From contig NC_086097.1 in NCBI RefSeq assembly GCF_963921235.1, positions 136,960,001-137,024,000 on the forward strand: 64,000 nt of DNA, in the 5' to 3' direction. The notes below the pieces were generated by a model. The model was not told the DNA's origin. It saw only the letters and a program-made list of their open reading frames with translations, and did no database searches. This stretch comes from Mobula hypostoma. Taxonomy: Eukaryota. This document shows, one piece after another, positions 50,878 to 64,000 of the stretch; the stretch's first letter is position 1; the number at the start of each line of letters is the position of its first letter. Both the position numbers and the translations under genes were made by a program.

Positions 50878-51017
50878 CTGAGTCCCCTCTGGGCCGATCT
50901 TGTTCAGAGCTCCAATTGTGTTGTACAGGAAGCCGATGATCTTGACGAAGTTCTCATCCCCAATGCTCCACGAGCCATCCACAAGGAAGACTAGATTTGC
51001 TTTGGCAGCTTTGCAAA
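50878..51017 (-). CDS. col14a1: col14a1 exon, VWA start ([47 protein letters not shown])
   Basis: Acceptor gctgcag, donor gtgagc, 140 nt, phase 1/0. Contains the DxSxS MIDAS motif. Confidence 0.96.
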
Positions 51018-51529
51018 CTGCAGCCATAAGAACAATTAGAAGTTGTCCAAAATAAAAGGCAGTTGTTTACTGTAAGACATGAACTAGCATGGAAAGTGCT
51101 CGGAGTGTACTTACACCCACCCTCTCATTGGGCTGGTCCAACAGTATCTAAGCCTCATCTCCTCCCACCTTAAGCTTAAGCTTTAATAACCTGGACAAGA
51201 AAAGTCTATCAATATCATTTTTGAGAACATCTATCAATTCCCAGCCTCACAACTTTTCTTGAGGAGAGAGTTCTAGATTTTCACTGCCCCTGAAGGAGGG
51301 ATTCCCAACACCAGTCCAAAGCAGCCTCTCTGGAACTTTCTAGCACATTGTCTGAATTCCCTTTCCCACACAGTTTCTTTCCTCACCAAATCTACTTTAT
51401 ATATATATATACACACACACTTAATATATCAAAAGCTCTACATGAATAATCGATTAGTGTCATTCTAAACCATTGCAGCAACTAACAGCATGGCCATTAG
51501 CTAAACAAATTTGCATAAAAGGATTAATA

Positions 51530-52040
51530 TAGTACAGGAACAGGCCCTTTGGCCCACGATGTCCTGCTACACTAATTAGGTCAATGGCACCCAGCCCCTT
51601 CCTCCTGTACATGATCTATATCTCTCCGTTCTCTGCATATTCATGTACCTATCTAAGAGCCTCTTAAGTGCTTCTATTCTGGCTCCAATACCAACTCTGG
51701 AACGGCATTCCAGGCATCCACCACTCTGTGTTAAAAAATCTACTCCACACATCTCCTTTAAATTTACCCCCTCTCACCTTAAACACATCCCCTCTAGTAT
51801 TAGACATTTCAACCCAGGGAAAAAAGACACCAGCTATCCATCTACGCTTTGCGGATTTTTATAAATTTTTCTCAGGTCTCCCTTCAGCCCTCACCTCTCC
51901 AGAGGAAACAAGGCCAGTTTGTCCAGCCTCCCCGTACACTACATGCCCTCTAATCCAGCAAGCAACCTGGCAAACTCACTCTGCGCCCTCTCCAAATTTC
52001 CACACCCTTCCTGTAATGGGGCAACCAGAACTGAACGCAA
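51530..52040 (-). mobile_element. CR1 3' fragment
   Basis: 3' UTR caggccctttggccca and RT C-terminal remnant. Confidence 0.78.
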
Positions 52041-52210
52041 TTGACTGGAAAATCCATTCACAAGATAGGGTAAGAGCCACACAGAGTGGTATGGGAAGAG
52101 GTTAAAGCTCCCATGGTACGGTCAGTCATGAGCTTTTTCTTGAACAAAAACCCTGTAGATAATCTTATTCATTGCCCTCTTCACAGGTGAATTTTTAACT
52201 TTGGTCTTAC

Positions 52211-52285
52211 CCTCCCGGGCTGGTGGAATGGTTGGCAGCGGGACAGTTGTTGGAGGAGAAGTTGGTGGCTCCGTCGGAACAGGAA
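52211..52285 (-). CDS. col14a1: col14a1 exon, Pro/Thr-rich hinge (IPVPTEPPTSPPTTVPLPTIPPARE)
   Basis: Acceptor ggtttag, donor gtaaga, 75 nt, phase 1/1. PTIPPARE motif immediately precedes the VWA domain. Confidence 0.9.
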
Positions 52286-53831
52286 CTAAACCAAAAGAGA
52301 GAGACGGTGACAGCAAAGCCTACTCCCCACACGTAGGAAAGCCAAGCGCTCGCCAACGCGCAGAAGATTGAATGCAATACGGGAGAATCTACCTACAGCA
52401 ACAACTGCATTTATATAGTGCCTTTAACAAAGGAAAACACCCTGAAGTTCTTCACCCAAGTGTAATTAGAGAAAATACTTCAAAGTCTCATAAGTACTGG
52501 GTAGCACAATAGTTAATGTCACTGCCTCACAGCTAAAGTGACGATAGTTTAATTCTGACTTCTGATGCTGTGTGACATTTGTGACCATTTGGGCTTGCCC
52601 CTGTTGGTAGGCTAATTGGCCACTGTAACTTGCCCCTAGGGTGCAGGTGAGTGGTGGAGATGGAGGGAACGTGGGAAAAATACAATGGGATTAGTATAGG
52701 ATTAATGTAAACAATTTTGCCAAAGAATTTGGAAGGTGATGCGGCAGAGGGGAAAGAAGTTGTTAATGCTTCACAGTGAAACCCTGCGTCAGGACTCCAC
52801 TGACCAGCTGAGATCCTCCGGCAGACTGACTGCTGCTCCAGATCCCAGCATCTGCAATCTCTGGTGTCTCCAATGTAAATAACTGTTCGATGGCCAGCAT
52901 GGACGCAATGGGCTGAAAGGCCTGTTCCCCTACTTTGTGACTGCGTTGGATCAGCTGACCAAAGGTTTGATCATAGAGCTGGACTACAAGGAGCACCGTA
53001 AGGGGTCAGATAAAGCACAGATGTTTAGGGAAGGAATTCCAGAATTTAGAACCTTGACAGCTAATGGAAGAGTCAATAACGCTGGGGCGACTAAATTCAG
53101 AGATGACCAGTACAGGAGGCCAGAGGGGTGGTTGAAGTTGCATAGAAAATAGGATGGATAGAAATGGGGTGTAAGGACTATAAATGGTGGGTGTGAAATT
53201 TTATGCCAAGGGATTGCTGGATGAGGAGCCTATGAGAGGCAGTGAGCCCTGGGCTGAGAGGTGAGTGGACTAATGTAACTAGGACCAAGACCTGAGAAGA
53301 GAAACTACTGGAAATACTCCTCAAAAAGTACCTCCAGAGGTAGAACTATCTGCCCTATAGCCTTCCACTAGTAATGAAGCGGGATAAGGAGATATTGACA
53401 TGAAAAATGTCCTGATTCTGTCTCTGCAGATTCTGCTTGGGCTATTGGTTGCTTCTGGATCCACAGCTTCACAGTGTGGGCAGCAGAATTTGAGGGGAGT
53501 TCTAGATGCTGTAAGCAACAGTGGAAATGCAAAATAAGTCAATTTCCACAGCTTACAGGGAAATAATGGCATATAACTGGTTGAACACTGGATTTGACAT
53601 GCACAGTCTTGTCCTGATAGATTTTCTTTCAAATCATGAAATTCACATTGTATTAAGTCACAGCAGATATATAGTTCTTCGATTTTCTGTCAGAAATTTA
53701 GACCAGTGCAAACCTGAGCTGAAACGTTACCTGAAATGTTGCCTCTAATAACACGAAAGGCAAGAGGCTTTACGCTTGGTAGGCCAAGGAATGAAAGCAG
53801 AGAGTAAAGGTGAGGGTAAGTGGCTGCTTAC

Positions 53832-53978
53832 TTGTTGTTTCGAGTATGCTCACGGCCGGTCCCTCTATCTCCTGCAGCTGGGCGTGTACACTGATCTTGT
53901 ACTTGGTGTTTGGAATAAGATCATAAAAGCAGTGACGAGATGTCCCTCCATCAACAATCACTTCTTCCTTCCTTCCAC
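53832..53978 (-). CDS. col14a1: col14a1 exon, FN3 C-terminal half ([49 protein letters not shown])
   Basis: Acceptor cttccag, donor gtaagc, 147 nt, phase 1/1. Confidence 0.93.
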
Positions 53979-54324
53979 CTGGAAGTTCCCAAGAGGAATA
54001 ATTAGTTATTGGTCATTTATACAATCATGGTGGGGAGTTAAGGGCAGAGCCATTTCAACCAATTTGTGCTTGTGATGTGATTGACTACACGGTGCCTGAA
54101 TTAAAGGATTGACTTGACATTGAAGCCGACTAAAGAAAAACAAACATTTCTTCAGACCCCCTCCTGTAAAATGATGTGGAAATTCTTGACTTAACAACCC
54201 AGTAGCCGATGAAGCAATGCGACTGACTGGGCCAGCACAGTGCTCACTCAGACAGGGTTAATTAATTCTTGTTCTTGTGGATATTTTTCTTGCATTTTCC
54301 CAGAGCATGTTTTGGCCATGGTCA

Positions 54325-54700
54325 GATCATAGAATCATAGAAATCTGCAGCACATTACAGGCCTTTCAGCCCACAATGTTGTGCTGGCCATGTAACCTAC
54401 CCTAGAAACTGCCTAGAATCTCCCTACCGCATAGCACTCCATTTTTCTAAGCTCCATGTACCTATCTAAGAGTCTTTTAAAAGACCCTGTTGTATCCCCC
54501 TCTACCACCATTGCTGGCAGTGCATTCCATGCATCCACCACTCTCTGTGTGAAAAACTTACCTCCGACAGCCCCTCAGTACCTGCTTCCAAGCAAAACTA
54601 CGCCCCCTCGTGTTGGCCATCTCAGCCCCGGGGAAAAGCCTCTGGCTATCCATACGATCAATGCCTCTCATCATCTTGCACACCTCTATCAAGTCACCTC
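54325..54700 (-). mobile_element. CR1 3' fragment
   Basis: Reverse-complement similarity to 34640-35025, with a catagaatcatagaa tail. Confidence 0.82.
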
Positions 54701-54954
54701 TGTGGATGGATTTTTACATTCCTTTGAATTGGAATTGGATGAGTTTAAAGAAATTTAGCTCATGGGCAGGTGTGTGAAGAGTCTCCAGTCCCTCAACACA
54801 CTTCAGTTTTAAAGACACTTCTCCTCCACATTGATCAAGCTTCACCACACCAACACATTATGACTACAATGCATGAGTTACCAGTTTCTGCATGTGGAGG
54901 GTCTTGACCCAAACTGTTGACTATCCATTCCCTCCCATAGATGTTGGCATAGGT

Positions 54955-55690
54955 ACCAGCAGAACAAAAAAGCATCTCATTGATTTCAGGAAGGGAGCTG
55001 TGCACACACCTTTGTCCCCCTCAATGGTGCTAAGTTTGGGAGGGTTGAAAGCTTCGAGTTCCTAGGAATGAACATCACCAATAGACTGTTTTGGTCCGAC
55101 TGCATAAATGAGATGGTCTATAAAGGACACCAGCTCTTCTATTTCCTCAAGAGGCTGAAGAAATTGTGCATGCTCCCTTTGACCCTGACCGACTTTTATT
55201 GATGCAGCAGAGAAAACATCCTATCTGGATGCATCGTGGCTTGGTATGGCAACAAGAAAGTACAGAATTGTGGACATAGCCCAGCACAAAAGGGAAACCA
55301 GTCTTCCCTCCATGGACTCGGTCTACATTCTCCCTGACTCAGTAAAGCAGCCAACATAATCGAAGACCCCACTCACCTGGACATCCTCTCTTCTCACCCC
55401 TTCAATTGAGCACAAAACCCTAAAAACACAAACCACCAGGTTTAAGGACAGCTTCAATCCTTCTGTTTTAAAATTATTGAATGGTCCCCTCGTATGGATA
55501 AGATGGAGTCTTGACCTTACAAACTATCATGTTATGGCCTTGCACCTTAATGTCTGCCTGCATGCACTTTCCCTGTAACTATATTCTGCATCCTACATTT
55601 ACTTTCCCTTGTAACCTCAATGCACGATTGTAATAAAATTATCTGTATTGAAGGCATGTAAAAGATTTTCACTGTACCTTGGTGCAAGAA
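54955..55690 (+). mobile_element. Rex1/Babar-type 3' fragment
   Basis: Contains SFEFLG, LYFLKRLKK and ILSGCIVAWYG remnants plus a 3' UTR. Confidence 0.75.
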
Positions 55691-56329
55691 TAAACCAGGT
55701 TACCAATTTGCCTGACCTGCTGAGTTCTTCTAATTGCTTTTGTGTTGCGACAAGCTACCAGCAACTCTCATTTAAAAACCTCAGGTCAATTCTCAGCCTT
55801 CCGCATCTGAGGAAACTTAACTCAAGTGCAGAGTCTCCTTCTGCAATTAACCCCTTCATGCCTGAGTCAGTCTGGTGAAACTGTGCAGCAAGGCCTCCAT
55901 CTCCTGTTCTGAATGTGGTGCACAGAACCAAACCACAGTTACTCGAATTGAGTCACAATGAGGGATATATGCCATAATATACTGTATGTAATAACTTCCA
56001 CTAGCAGACCGCTCGCCAGTAGGAATCTATTGAGAAATCACATCTAATTAAGTCCAATTTGAATACTTTTGACTTAATGAAAGTAGTTACTTGATACTCG
56101 ATCCTTGAGCCATCCATTGGCAAATCAATGTACAGCTACTACAGAAGGCTTTAACAATAGAATCGCTCTTTGGTAAAATGCCAAGCCATTTTTTTCCTCT
56201 AATTGTTCACCCTCAGGGAGACTTTCTTTGGCAGAAAAAGAACAAAATGGAAAGCAGTTCTCGTTTATTATTGTTGAAGGATTATATGGAACATGTGCAA
56301 ACCACAGCAGGAGGCAGTCCACACTTTAA

Positions 56330-58765
56330 CAACTCTGCGGTAGAGAGATAAGGTTGCTGGGGCTACTCGGCTATCGGGAGCAGTGCACGAGGACACAGAA
56401 GCGCGGTAAGCACACCAGTACTCCAGCGACACTCAACGTGGATCCCTGCAGGCCCAAGCTCCCAACAAGTTTACTCAATTGCTAGAAACTAAACTGGATT
56501 ATCTGTGTCCGTGTCTGAGCCAGTGGGAGATGATGGCTTGTTGCACACCTCTTCCTGACAGGAACATGGCTCTAGGACACCACTTTAGACTTGGCCATCC
56601 AGCTAGAATGCCCAATCTCCTTTCGGGCAGACAGAAATGCTGCGACCTCCGGCAAGACCCACGGAGGGGGCCTGCGTGTCTATGTCAATAAGAACTGGTG
56701 TGTGAAGGCCTTGGTAGTATCGGCCCACTGCTCACCACAGAGATTTTAATGGTGAAGTGCAGGCCCTTCTACTTACTGCCATTGTGACTGTTGCTGTTTA
56801 CACTTCCCCCCCTCCCCCCGTGCCAGGGCTTGGACAGTGCTGCAGGAGCTCTACAGTGCCATCTGCGACCCCGATTGTTGTTGGTGACTTCAGCCATGCC
56901 AGCTTATAAAGTGTCCAGCCAAAGTTCTACCAGCATGTCGGGGGGCGGGGGGGCGGATATTCACAGACAGGGGAGCGAATGTATTAGACCTGGTTTATAC
57001 TAACATTATAAACAAGTCTGCCTTCCCCTCACCTTGGATACTCAGAGCACATATCCATTTTGCTAATCCCTGTATACAGACCAGGTTAAATGAGTCAAGC
57101 CAGTTTGCAGGGAGATCAGAATATCACCAGAAGGCGCCACCTTAGCGCTGCAGGACCGTTTCAAAAGCACGGACTGAAGTATATTCAGGGAGGCAGCGAC
57201 CTACGATCATCACGTCAACAGTGATGAATATGAGGGATCAGTGACTGGCTACATTGAAAAAGACACCGAGAACATCACCATGATTAAACATGACACTATC
57301 AGGGCTAACCATAAACCATGTTTGACTGCCAAGGTCCATGCACTTCTTAGAGATTGCCTTCATATGGGGGGATAGGCCAACCCGAAGGTTAGCAAGAGTC
57401 ACACTCTCTCATGCCGTCAGAAAGGCAAAGTGTGAGATCTCACAGAAAGTTCAGACTCCTTTGTGACACCAAACCATAAGAGATTACAATCCCACCCTGC
57501 GCGACAAGGACAGCAACGCCTCCCTTCCTGATAGGCTGAATGCTTTCCACACACAGTTTGACGCAATGAATTTGGCCCAGTTAGCAGAGGTCTTAAAGGA
57601 CATCTTTAATATCTGTCTGAAACAGTCAACTGTCCCTGCAGGCTTGAAGGCAGCCACCATCAACCTAGTGCCTAAGAGAACGATGGTAACTGGCCTAAAT
57701 GATTACTATCCTGTGGCACTTACTTCAGAAATCACAAAATTTTTTATGTGACTGGTAAAGGATTGTATAAAATCCTACCTTCCCACTACATTGGACACTT
57801 TCCAGTTTGCCTTCCTTTCAAACTGGCCAACTGATGACGCCAGAGCCTCAGCCCTCCACTCCGTCCTGTCCCACCGAGAAAACAACGCCTCATACGCCAG
57901 GATGTTGTTCATTGACATCAGCTCAGTGTTTAATACGATCATCCCTCAGAGGCTGGTGGGTAAACTGGCCTCACTGGGACTCAATACCAATACCCCTCTG
58001 TAACTGGATCCTGGACTTCTTGGCAGAAAACCCCAATCAGCCAAGTTGGCAACAACACCTTAAAGCTCCATCACACTGAGCGCTGGTGCTCCCCAGGGCT
58101 GTGTGCCCCGTCTGCTGACACACGACCGCACTGCCAGTTCAGCTCAAACCACGTTAGTATGGTCTCATCAGCGACAGTGACGAGTTGGCTTACAGAGAGG
58201 AGGTAGAGAGACTTGTCAAAGGCTGCAAGAACAAAAATCTGAGTCTCAAAGTGGACAAGGCAGAAGTGATGATTGTGGACTTCAGAAAGGTGCACACTCC
58301 ATTGCACATCAATGACTTTGCCATGGAGAGAGTGGAGGGCACGAAGTTCCTTGGTGTGCACATAACAAACAACCTAACCTGGACCCACAACAACTCCTCA
58401 CTAGTCAAGAAGGTACAGCAGAGTCTACACTTTCTGAGGAGACTCCACTCTAACAACTTTCTATAAGAGCACCATCGAGCGTGTCCTGTCTGACTGCATC
58501 ATTGTGTGGTATGGAAGCTGCAAGGTATCGGACTGCAAGATCCGACAGAGGATCGTAAGATCTGTCAAAGGGGGTCTCCCTCCCCTCTATTTGTGACATT
58601 TACCAGGGGTATTGTAGATGAAGGGCTTGAAACGTTGTTGAGGATCCCTACCACACATCCCACCATCTCCTTGTCCTACTACCATCCGGAAGGAGGTACA
58701 GGAACATCAAGACGAGGCCTTCCAGACTGAGTAACTGCTTCTTTCCTCAGGCTGTGAGACTAAAC
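56330..58765 (+). mobile_element. Rex1/Babar-type LINE, long decayed copy including endonuclease remnants
   Basis: Motifs in order: LETKLDYL, GG-CVYVNKNWC, GDF, DIFNICL-QS-VP, LNDYYPVALTS, ARMLFIDISSVFNTI, KFLGVHITNNLTW. Confidence 0.85.
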
Positions 58766-58989
58766 AAGTTCAAGATCAGTTTGTCATTCAACTGTACACA
58801 TGCATACCATCAAGCAAAACAACATTCCTCCAGCCCAGTCTGCACAATGCAGTATATTTAACTCGCACACTTAAAACGAACTAATATTACCAGTATTAAA
58901 TTAGCAAACAATAAGGTGCATTTATGCCACAAGGTAAGAAGTAAACAGTGTCGAACCACTGGCACTTCATACATGATGAGAGCAGAGTG

Positions 58990-59790
58990 GTGGCAGAGAG
59001 TTCAGTAGTCTTACGACCTGGAGATAGAAGCTGTTTCCCATCCTAGCAGTGCTTGTTCTAATGCCTGATGGTAGGGGGTCAAAGAGATTATTGGATCGAA
59101 GGGAGGGATCATTATCAATGCTAAGGGCCCTGCGTACACAACGCTTCTGATAAATATCTCTAGTAGGTGGATGAGAGACTTTGATGATCCTCCCAGCAGT
59201 CCTTGCAATCCTTTGTAAGGACTTGCAGTCAGATGTCTTCCAATTCCCATACCAGATGGTGATGCAGCCGCTCAGGATGCTCTCGATGGTGCTCAGGTAA
59301 AAATTGGTCAGAATGAAGAGGTGGGCAGACTCACTCATCTCAATCTCCTCAGGAAGTGGAGGCACTGTCAAAGAGGTGGTGTTCTTGACCAAACAGGGGG
59401 TGCTCCTAACTCTCCACAGAGCAGCCTTGTTTGTGCAGTGAAGAGCGGTCAGCCTGCACCTTCCTAAAATCCACAATCATCGCTTTGGTCTTGCCCATGT
59501 TGAGACAAGTTGTGGTTGCACAATTCTACTAGACACTCTATGCTCTACCTCCTCTCTGTACACCATCTCGCCATCACTGCTAATGAGGCTAACCACTGGT
59601 GTGTCATCCACAAACCTGACGATCTGTTTGAACTGGATCTAGCAGTGCAATCATACATCAGCAGTGTGAACAGCAGCAGGCTAAGCAGGCGACCCTGGGG
59701 AACACCAGTACTCAGCACGATGGAGCTAGAGATGTTTCTGCTAACACGGACTGACCTTCTGTCAGTGAGTACAGGATCCAGTTACAGAGA
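58990..59790 (-). mobile_element. Rex1/Babar-type 3' fragment, convergent with the previous copy
   Basis: Translates to TNFYLSTIESILSGCITIWYG...LFDPLPSG...NSFYLQVVRLLN. Confidence 0.85.
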
Positions 59791-62420
59791 GACACAACCG
59801 TGAATACTCTGCCACTAAGGCAGCGAGCTGCTTACTGTACTGTTTCCTGTTTATTTTGTGCTGTGTACTACATGCATTTTGAATAATATTTTATTAACTT
59901 ATTTACGGCAATATTTTGTTTTATGTTTGTGAGTGATATATGTTTTGTGGGTTCACCGTGGTCTGAAGGAACATCGTTTCATTTGATTGTATATATGTAC
60001 AGTTGGATGACAATAAATCTGAACATGACTTGACTCGATTTGAACCGTGCTGTTGTATCTCATGCTTTCTCTTACAGTGTGGTCCCTGCACTGGAGAAAG
60101 TTTCCAGGAATTTGTTCTTTGCAATGCTGTTGGCTAATTTAGAAAAGAACACAATATGTGCTATATATTGTAAGTGCAAATTCTATGATACTGATGTACC
60201 CTTCAGAACACTCTAAAACATCATGCAATCAACACACAACTTCTGGAAAGGTAGTATCTGTTGTAATGTAGGAAATGGCTGGCCAGCAAGACTCCAGTGA
60301 GAAAATGACCAGATTTTTTCTTCATCCGAAGTTAAAAGTGGGAAAATATTGTCCCTATCTTGAAACAGACTAAAGAATCTGCACACCACCACTGCATCCC
60401 CCCCCCACCCACGCAGAGGGAGGCAGAAACTGAGTTTACGCTCTCATGAGGATGACAGGACCTTAGATAGTGTACTGAACTCACAACGTTCACTTACCAA
60501 TAAACCAAACGTACCAAACTAATCCCAAACCAAATACATCAATCTATTCAGTAACCAACATTTTGCACTTAAAGCTAGATATTACTAGTGTTGGTATCAT
60601 ATTACACGCCATCTCATAACATCACCTCACTGTTAATAACTGAATAAACTTGTACACTTTGCTAAAAACTTAGCTTTTGCACAGCAACTAATCAATAGTT
60701 AAATGTAAGTGGATGCAGTTCTGTTGTGGTAAAAAAAAATGAGATGGACTCTGAAGGGACTCATTCACAGTCTGTCAGGAGAATTTCCATCTCTGCTATT
60801 ATAGAGGGCAGTGTCAGCTTTTCAATCTCTTGGGTTAGTTTATGTCTTCACTCCACAATGACTTCCCTCAGAATGTTTTCTAAAGTACAAGCAGATTAAT
60901 CTAAGGGAGAGTTAGCAACAGCGCATATTCATTTTGTAAGTAATGTATAAATTGGGCAGGAGGTATAGAAGCCTTAAGTCCCACACCATCAGGTTCAAGC
61001 ACAGTTTCTTCTCTTCAACTGATCAGCTCTTGAAACAACCAGCAAAATCATAGCCACCAAAGTTCAGCAACACTGCAGTCACTTTGATCACTTTGCACTA
61101 AGATTGACTTTTTTTGTTCAAATTGTGTTGTTCCTTGAGAAAATTTTGAAATATTTATGTTTTATACATGCTTTATTGTGAATGCAGTTTATCAAAAGGC
61201 TTGTGGTGCTGCTGCAAGCCAGTTTTTCATTGCACCTGTGCATTTGACAACAAACTCTGACTTTGAAATCCTCTCATGGTGGAGAAGGCTAGGGACAGAA
61301 GCTCCTAATCATTCCTCGTTACCTTACGGAAGGTGGTGAAGGGTGTCATCTTGAGCTGCTGTGGTCCTGCACTGGTGAAGGTTCTCCCACAATGCTGCTG
61401 GGCAGGGAGTTCCAGGATTTAGGCTCCATGACGATGAAGTAATGACAATATGCTTCCGAATCAGGAATAGTGAGTTACTTGGAGGGGAGGTGGGGTGACC
61501 CTATCCCCGTGCTACCCTTGTCCTTCTGGGTGGTGGGAGGTGCTGTGGGAATAGCCCAGATGAGAAACTGGAGTGCATTCTGTAGACGGTATATATCGCT
61601 GCTCTTGTGTACTGGTAGCAGAAGGAAGAAATGCTCAGGGAGGTGCTGCTGATCGAATGGGCTGCTTTGTGCTGGACACTGTTGACCTTGCTAAGTGGCA
61701 CTCATCTAGTGAGTGAACAGAAGTGAACAGAAGTCCATCACACCCCTGATGTTGGCCCGGTATGTGAGGGAAAGGCTCTGGCATTTCAGGAAGTGAAAAA
61801 AAAGATCTACGAAAACTGCTGCTCAGTTACCGTGATGGATATCAGCTTAACTTGACCAGGACCTGGCCAAGCATACATAGATCTTGCACTGGTAGAGGAC
61901 TGAAGGAATATTTTAATGGAAAACCTTTGGAGGAACAAGGAGCAACAAACCATCTGCGGGAGGAACTCAACAAGTTGAGCAGCATCTGCAGGAGGAGAGG
62001 AATTGTCAACATTTCAAACCAAAACATCGACAATCTTTCCCCCTCAACAGATGCGGCTTGATGCATTTCTTTTTCCACTAAATTGTTGATTGCTCCAGAT
62101 TCCAGCACCTGCAGTCTCATATCTCCTTTGGAGGAATTAATTGGATCACTCTTTCCAAAATAAGCAGTGTATGCAGAATGGTTCCTTCCTGTGCTTCTTG
62201 TTCCATCTTTCTCTAAATCCTTTCTGAAGTAAAATGATCAAAGTTTCCCCAAACTTAAGACAACTTGATCCAAATTGTTTGATTCCAACGAGATTAGAAC
62301 TACTCTCTCAGCTCTTTCCAACACCTACATTCCCTCAAAGTAACTCTTCCTGTGGATACCGGAGGTACAGGCTGGACCCTGTGCAAACCAATTGCAGACC
62401 ATTCTCTGACTTGGACTTAC

Positions 62421-62537
62421 CTTGGAGGGATTGGATAAGCACTCTATAGGTAGTGGCATGTTGGTGTAACTGCCAGCGGGTGCACATGGTTGTCATCCGA
62501 ACATCATACGAGGCAAGATTTGTCACCCCGAGATATA
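62421..62537 (-). CDS. col14a1: col14a1 exon, FN3 N-terminal half ([39 protein letters not shown])
   Basis: Acceptor cttgtag, donor gtaagt, 117 nt, phase 1/1. Confidence 0.93.
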
Positions 62538-63491
62538 CTACAAGAGAGATTGTGGTAGTGGACAGTTAGCTTCACGTGACAGAGGAGACACTCAAACTTA
62601 CACCATGCATTTATGATCCCAGTGGTGGGAATGAAGCATCTATTACAGAGTTGCAACCTGGAAATCTAATTTCACGCAAGTAACGTCTGGACTTCAAGTA
62701 ATGTAATCAGGTCACATGGGTGTGCGGAATAAGCCACACCTACAAAATATCTCTGCAAATCTTAGACCGATGGCAAAGCCCTATTTTGCCGTCTGCCAAA
62801 GCTGTCACGGATTTTATAAGCTTCTGAACATTCCTGATATTTGTCAAAATTCAAAGGATATTAGCAATGAAAAATAAATAAAACACTTCTATTTTTAAGA
62901 AATAAAAGTAAATGAATAATTTAAAATATTAAGATAGAAACAAACAAATCTGGTTTGTTGCTCTTAATGTCTTCACAAATTTGTATGGAATCCTGTACTC
63001 AGGAAGGTTGCATAGGTACACTAAGCAACAATCTGCTGGAGGAAAATTGGGTTTGAGCAACATCTGAAGTATGGTCTCAACCCAAAATATTGACAATTGG
63101 TTTCTCCCCACAGATGCTACTCGACTTGCTGAATTCCTCCAGCAGATAGTTTGTTGCTGTGTATTCCAGCTTCTGAAGTCTCTGGTGTCCTATGGGCATT
63201 CCCAACAGCAGGCTCCATGGAGTCAGTGCTGATGAATTTTGGGAGCATCCAGACGACGCAGGCTCTGAGCTGGAGCACTACCGTGAAAGCTCAAGCAGAG
63301 CTTGGCCAGGAAGATGGAAACTTCCACATAAATAGAGGAGATTTGGACTTGGCAGCACTGGCAACCCCATGGCACGGCCACTCCTCTCCGGGGAGCCCTA
63401 ACGTGCCGTTAAGGCAAATCCAAGATTCGGATGCACGCTTCAGGAAGCAGCACACTCCTCAGCATCAACACAGGCAGAGAAAACATCTTAC

Positions 63492-63641
63492 GTGTCTTGG
63501 CTCTTCCTATCAGCGGCTTGCTGGAACCTGTGGAGTACGTTGCAAACACTTTGACGAGGTATTCGGTTCCACTGAGTAGGTTAAGAATGAACATGGTGTT
63601 CACGTCATCTCCAACAAAGGTATCTAGAACTGGCCCAGGAG
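63492..63641 (-). CDS. col14a1: col14a1 exon, FN3 C-terminal half ([49 protein letters not shown])
   Basis: Acceptor ctttcag, donor gtaaga, 150 nt, phase 1/1. Confidence 0.93.
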
Positions 63642-63694
63642 CTGAAAGTGACAACAAATGCAGAGGAATCACACCGTGAACATCTCTTCTGGAG

Positions 63695-63777
63695 CAGGGG
63701 CTCCCAGCTTTTTTTTTAAATGCCATTGACCAATACCATCAAGCAAGGGTCCATGGGCCCCAAGTTGGGAACCACTG
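63695..63777. mobile_element. 83-bp hAT (Charlie-like) MITE
   Basis: TIRs caggggctcccagc and gttgggaaccactg. 8-bp TSD-like flanks ttctggag / ttccagag. Confidence 0.75.
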
Positions 63778-64000
63778 TTCCAGAGAAACTGAGAGCTGAA
63801 TCAGAAGTAATCTGAAAAAGATCCAAATCTGATATGACAAGCTTCTCACTGCATTATGGTGCATGTGACAATAATAACCCAATTTCAAAGTTCAGATGGG
63901 AATATGGACAAACAGAAACATTGAGTGTTAGTCCCAGATCCTTCATGAATTCTATCAGTTCAGTGGAAGGGTCTATCTGTATTGCAATAATGAAGTAAGA

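Larger units (their letters stand above)
3442..63641 (-). other. col14a1: Collagen type XIV alpha 1 chain gene, partial (18 internal coding exons; both gene ends outside the window)
   Basis: Spliced translation gives FN3 - FN3 - hinge - VWA (DGSWS MIDAS) - TSPN - COL2 helix. It closely resembles vertebrate COL14A1 as I recall it (e.g. [41 protein letters not shown]) and fits COL14A1 better than COL12A1. Exon phases join with no frameshift over 2021 nt. Confidence 0.95.

Overview
Vertebrate genomic DNA, most likely from a cartilaginous fish (ray or shark, inferred from the repeat families present). The window lies entirely inside one minus-strand gene, collagen type XIV alpha 1 (col14a1). I located 18 consecutive coding exons by hand, from 63641 down to 3442. 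They total 2021 nt, all have GT-AG boundaries, all splice phases are consistent and the joined frame has no stops. They encode the last FN3 repeats, a Pro/Thr hinge, the second VWA domain, the TSPN/LamG domain and the start of the COL2 Gly-X-Y helix. The 5' and 3' ends of the gene lie outside the window. Introns are filled with decayed CR1 and Rex1/Babar LINEs, Penelope-like elements (PLEs), tRNA-derived SINEs, a Tc1 element and hAT MITEs. The most notable non-routine signals are: (1) many PLE-borne minimal type I hammerhead ribozyme motifs, three with intact cores in the sense of the collagen pre-mRNA; (2) short PLE copies and fold-back palindromes that repeatedly start exactly at the ribozyme; (3) a degraded endogenous retrovirus with RNase H/integrase remnants, a polypurine tract and two LTR starts; (4) large inverted PLE repeats flanking in-frame exons; (5) a multiply nested MITE; (6) an unexplained 21/42-bp higher-order repeat. 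Family assignments rest on recognised motifs, not database searches. No wholly new system is proven from sequence alone.
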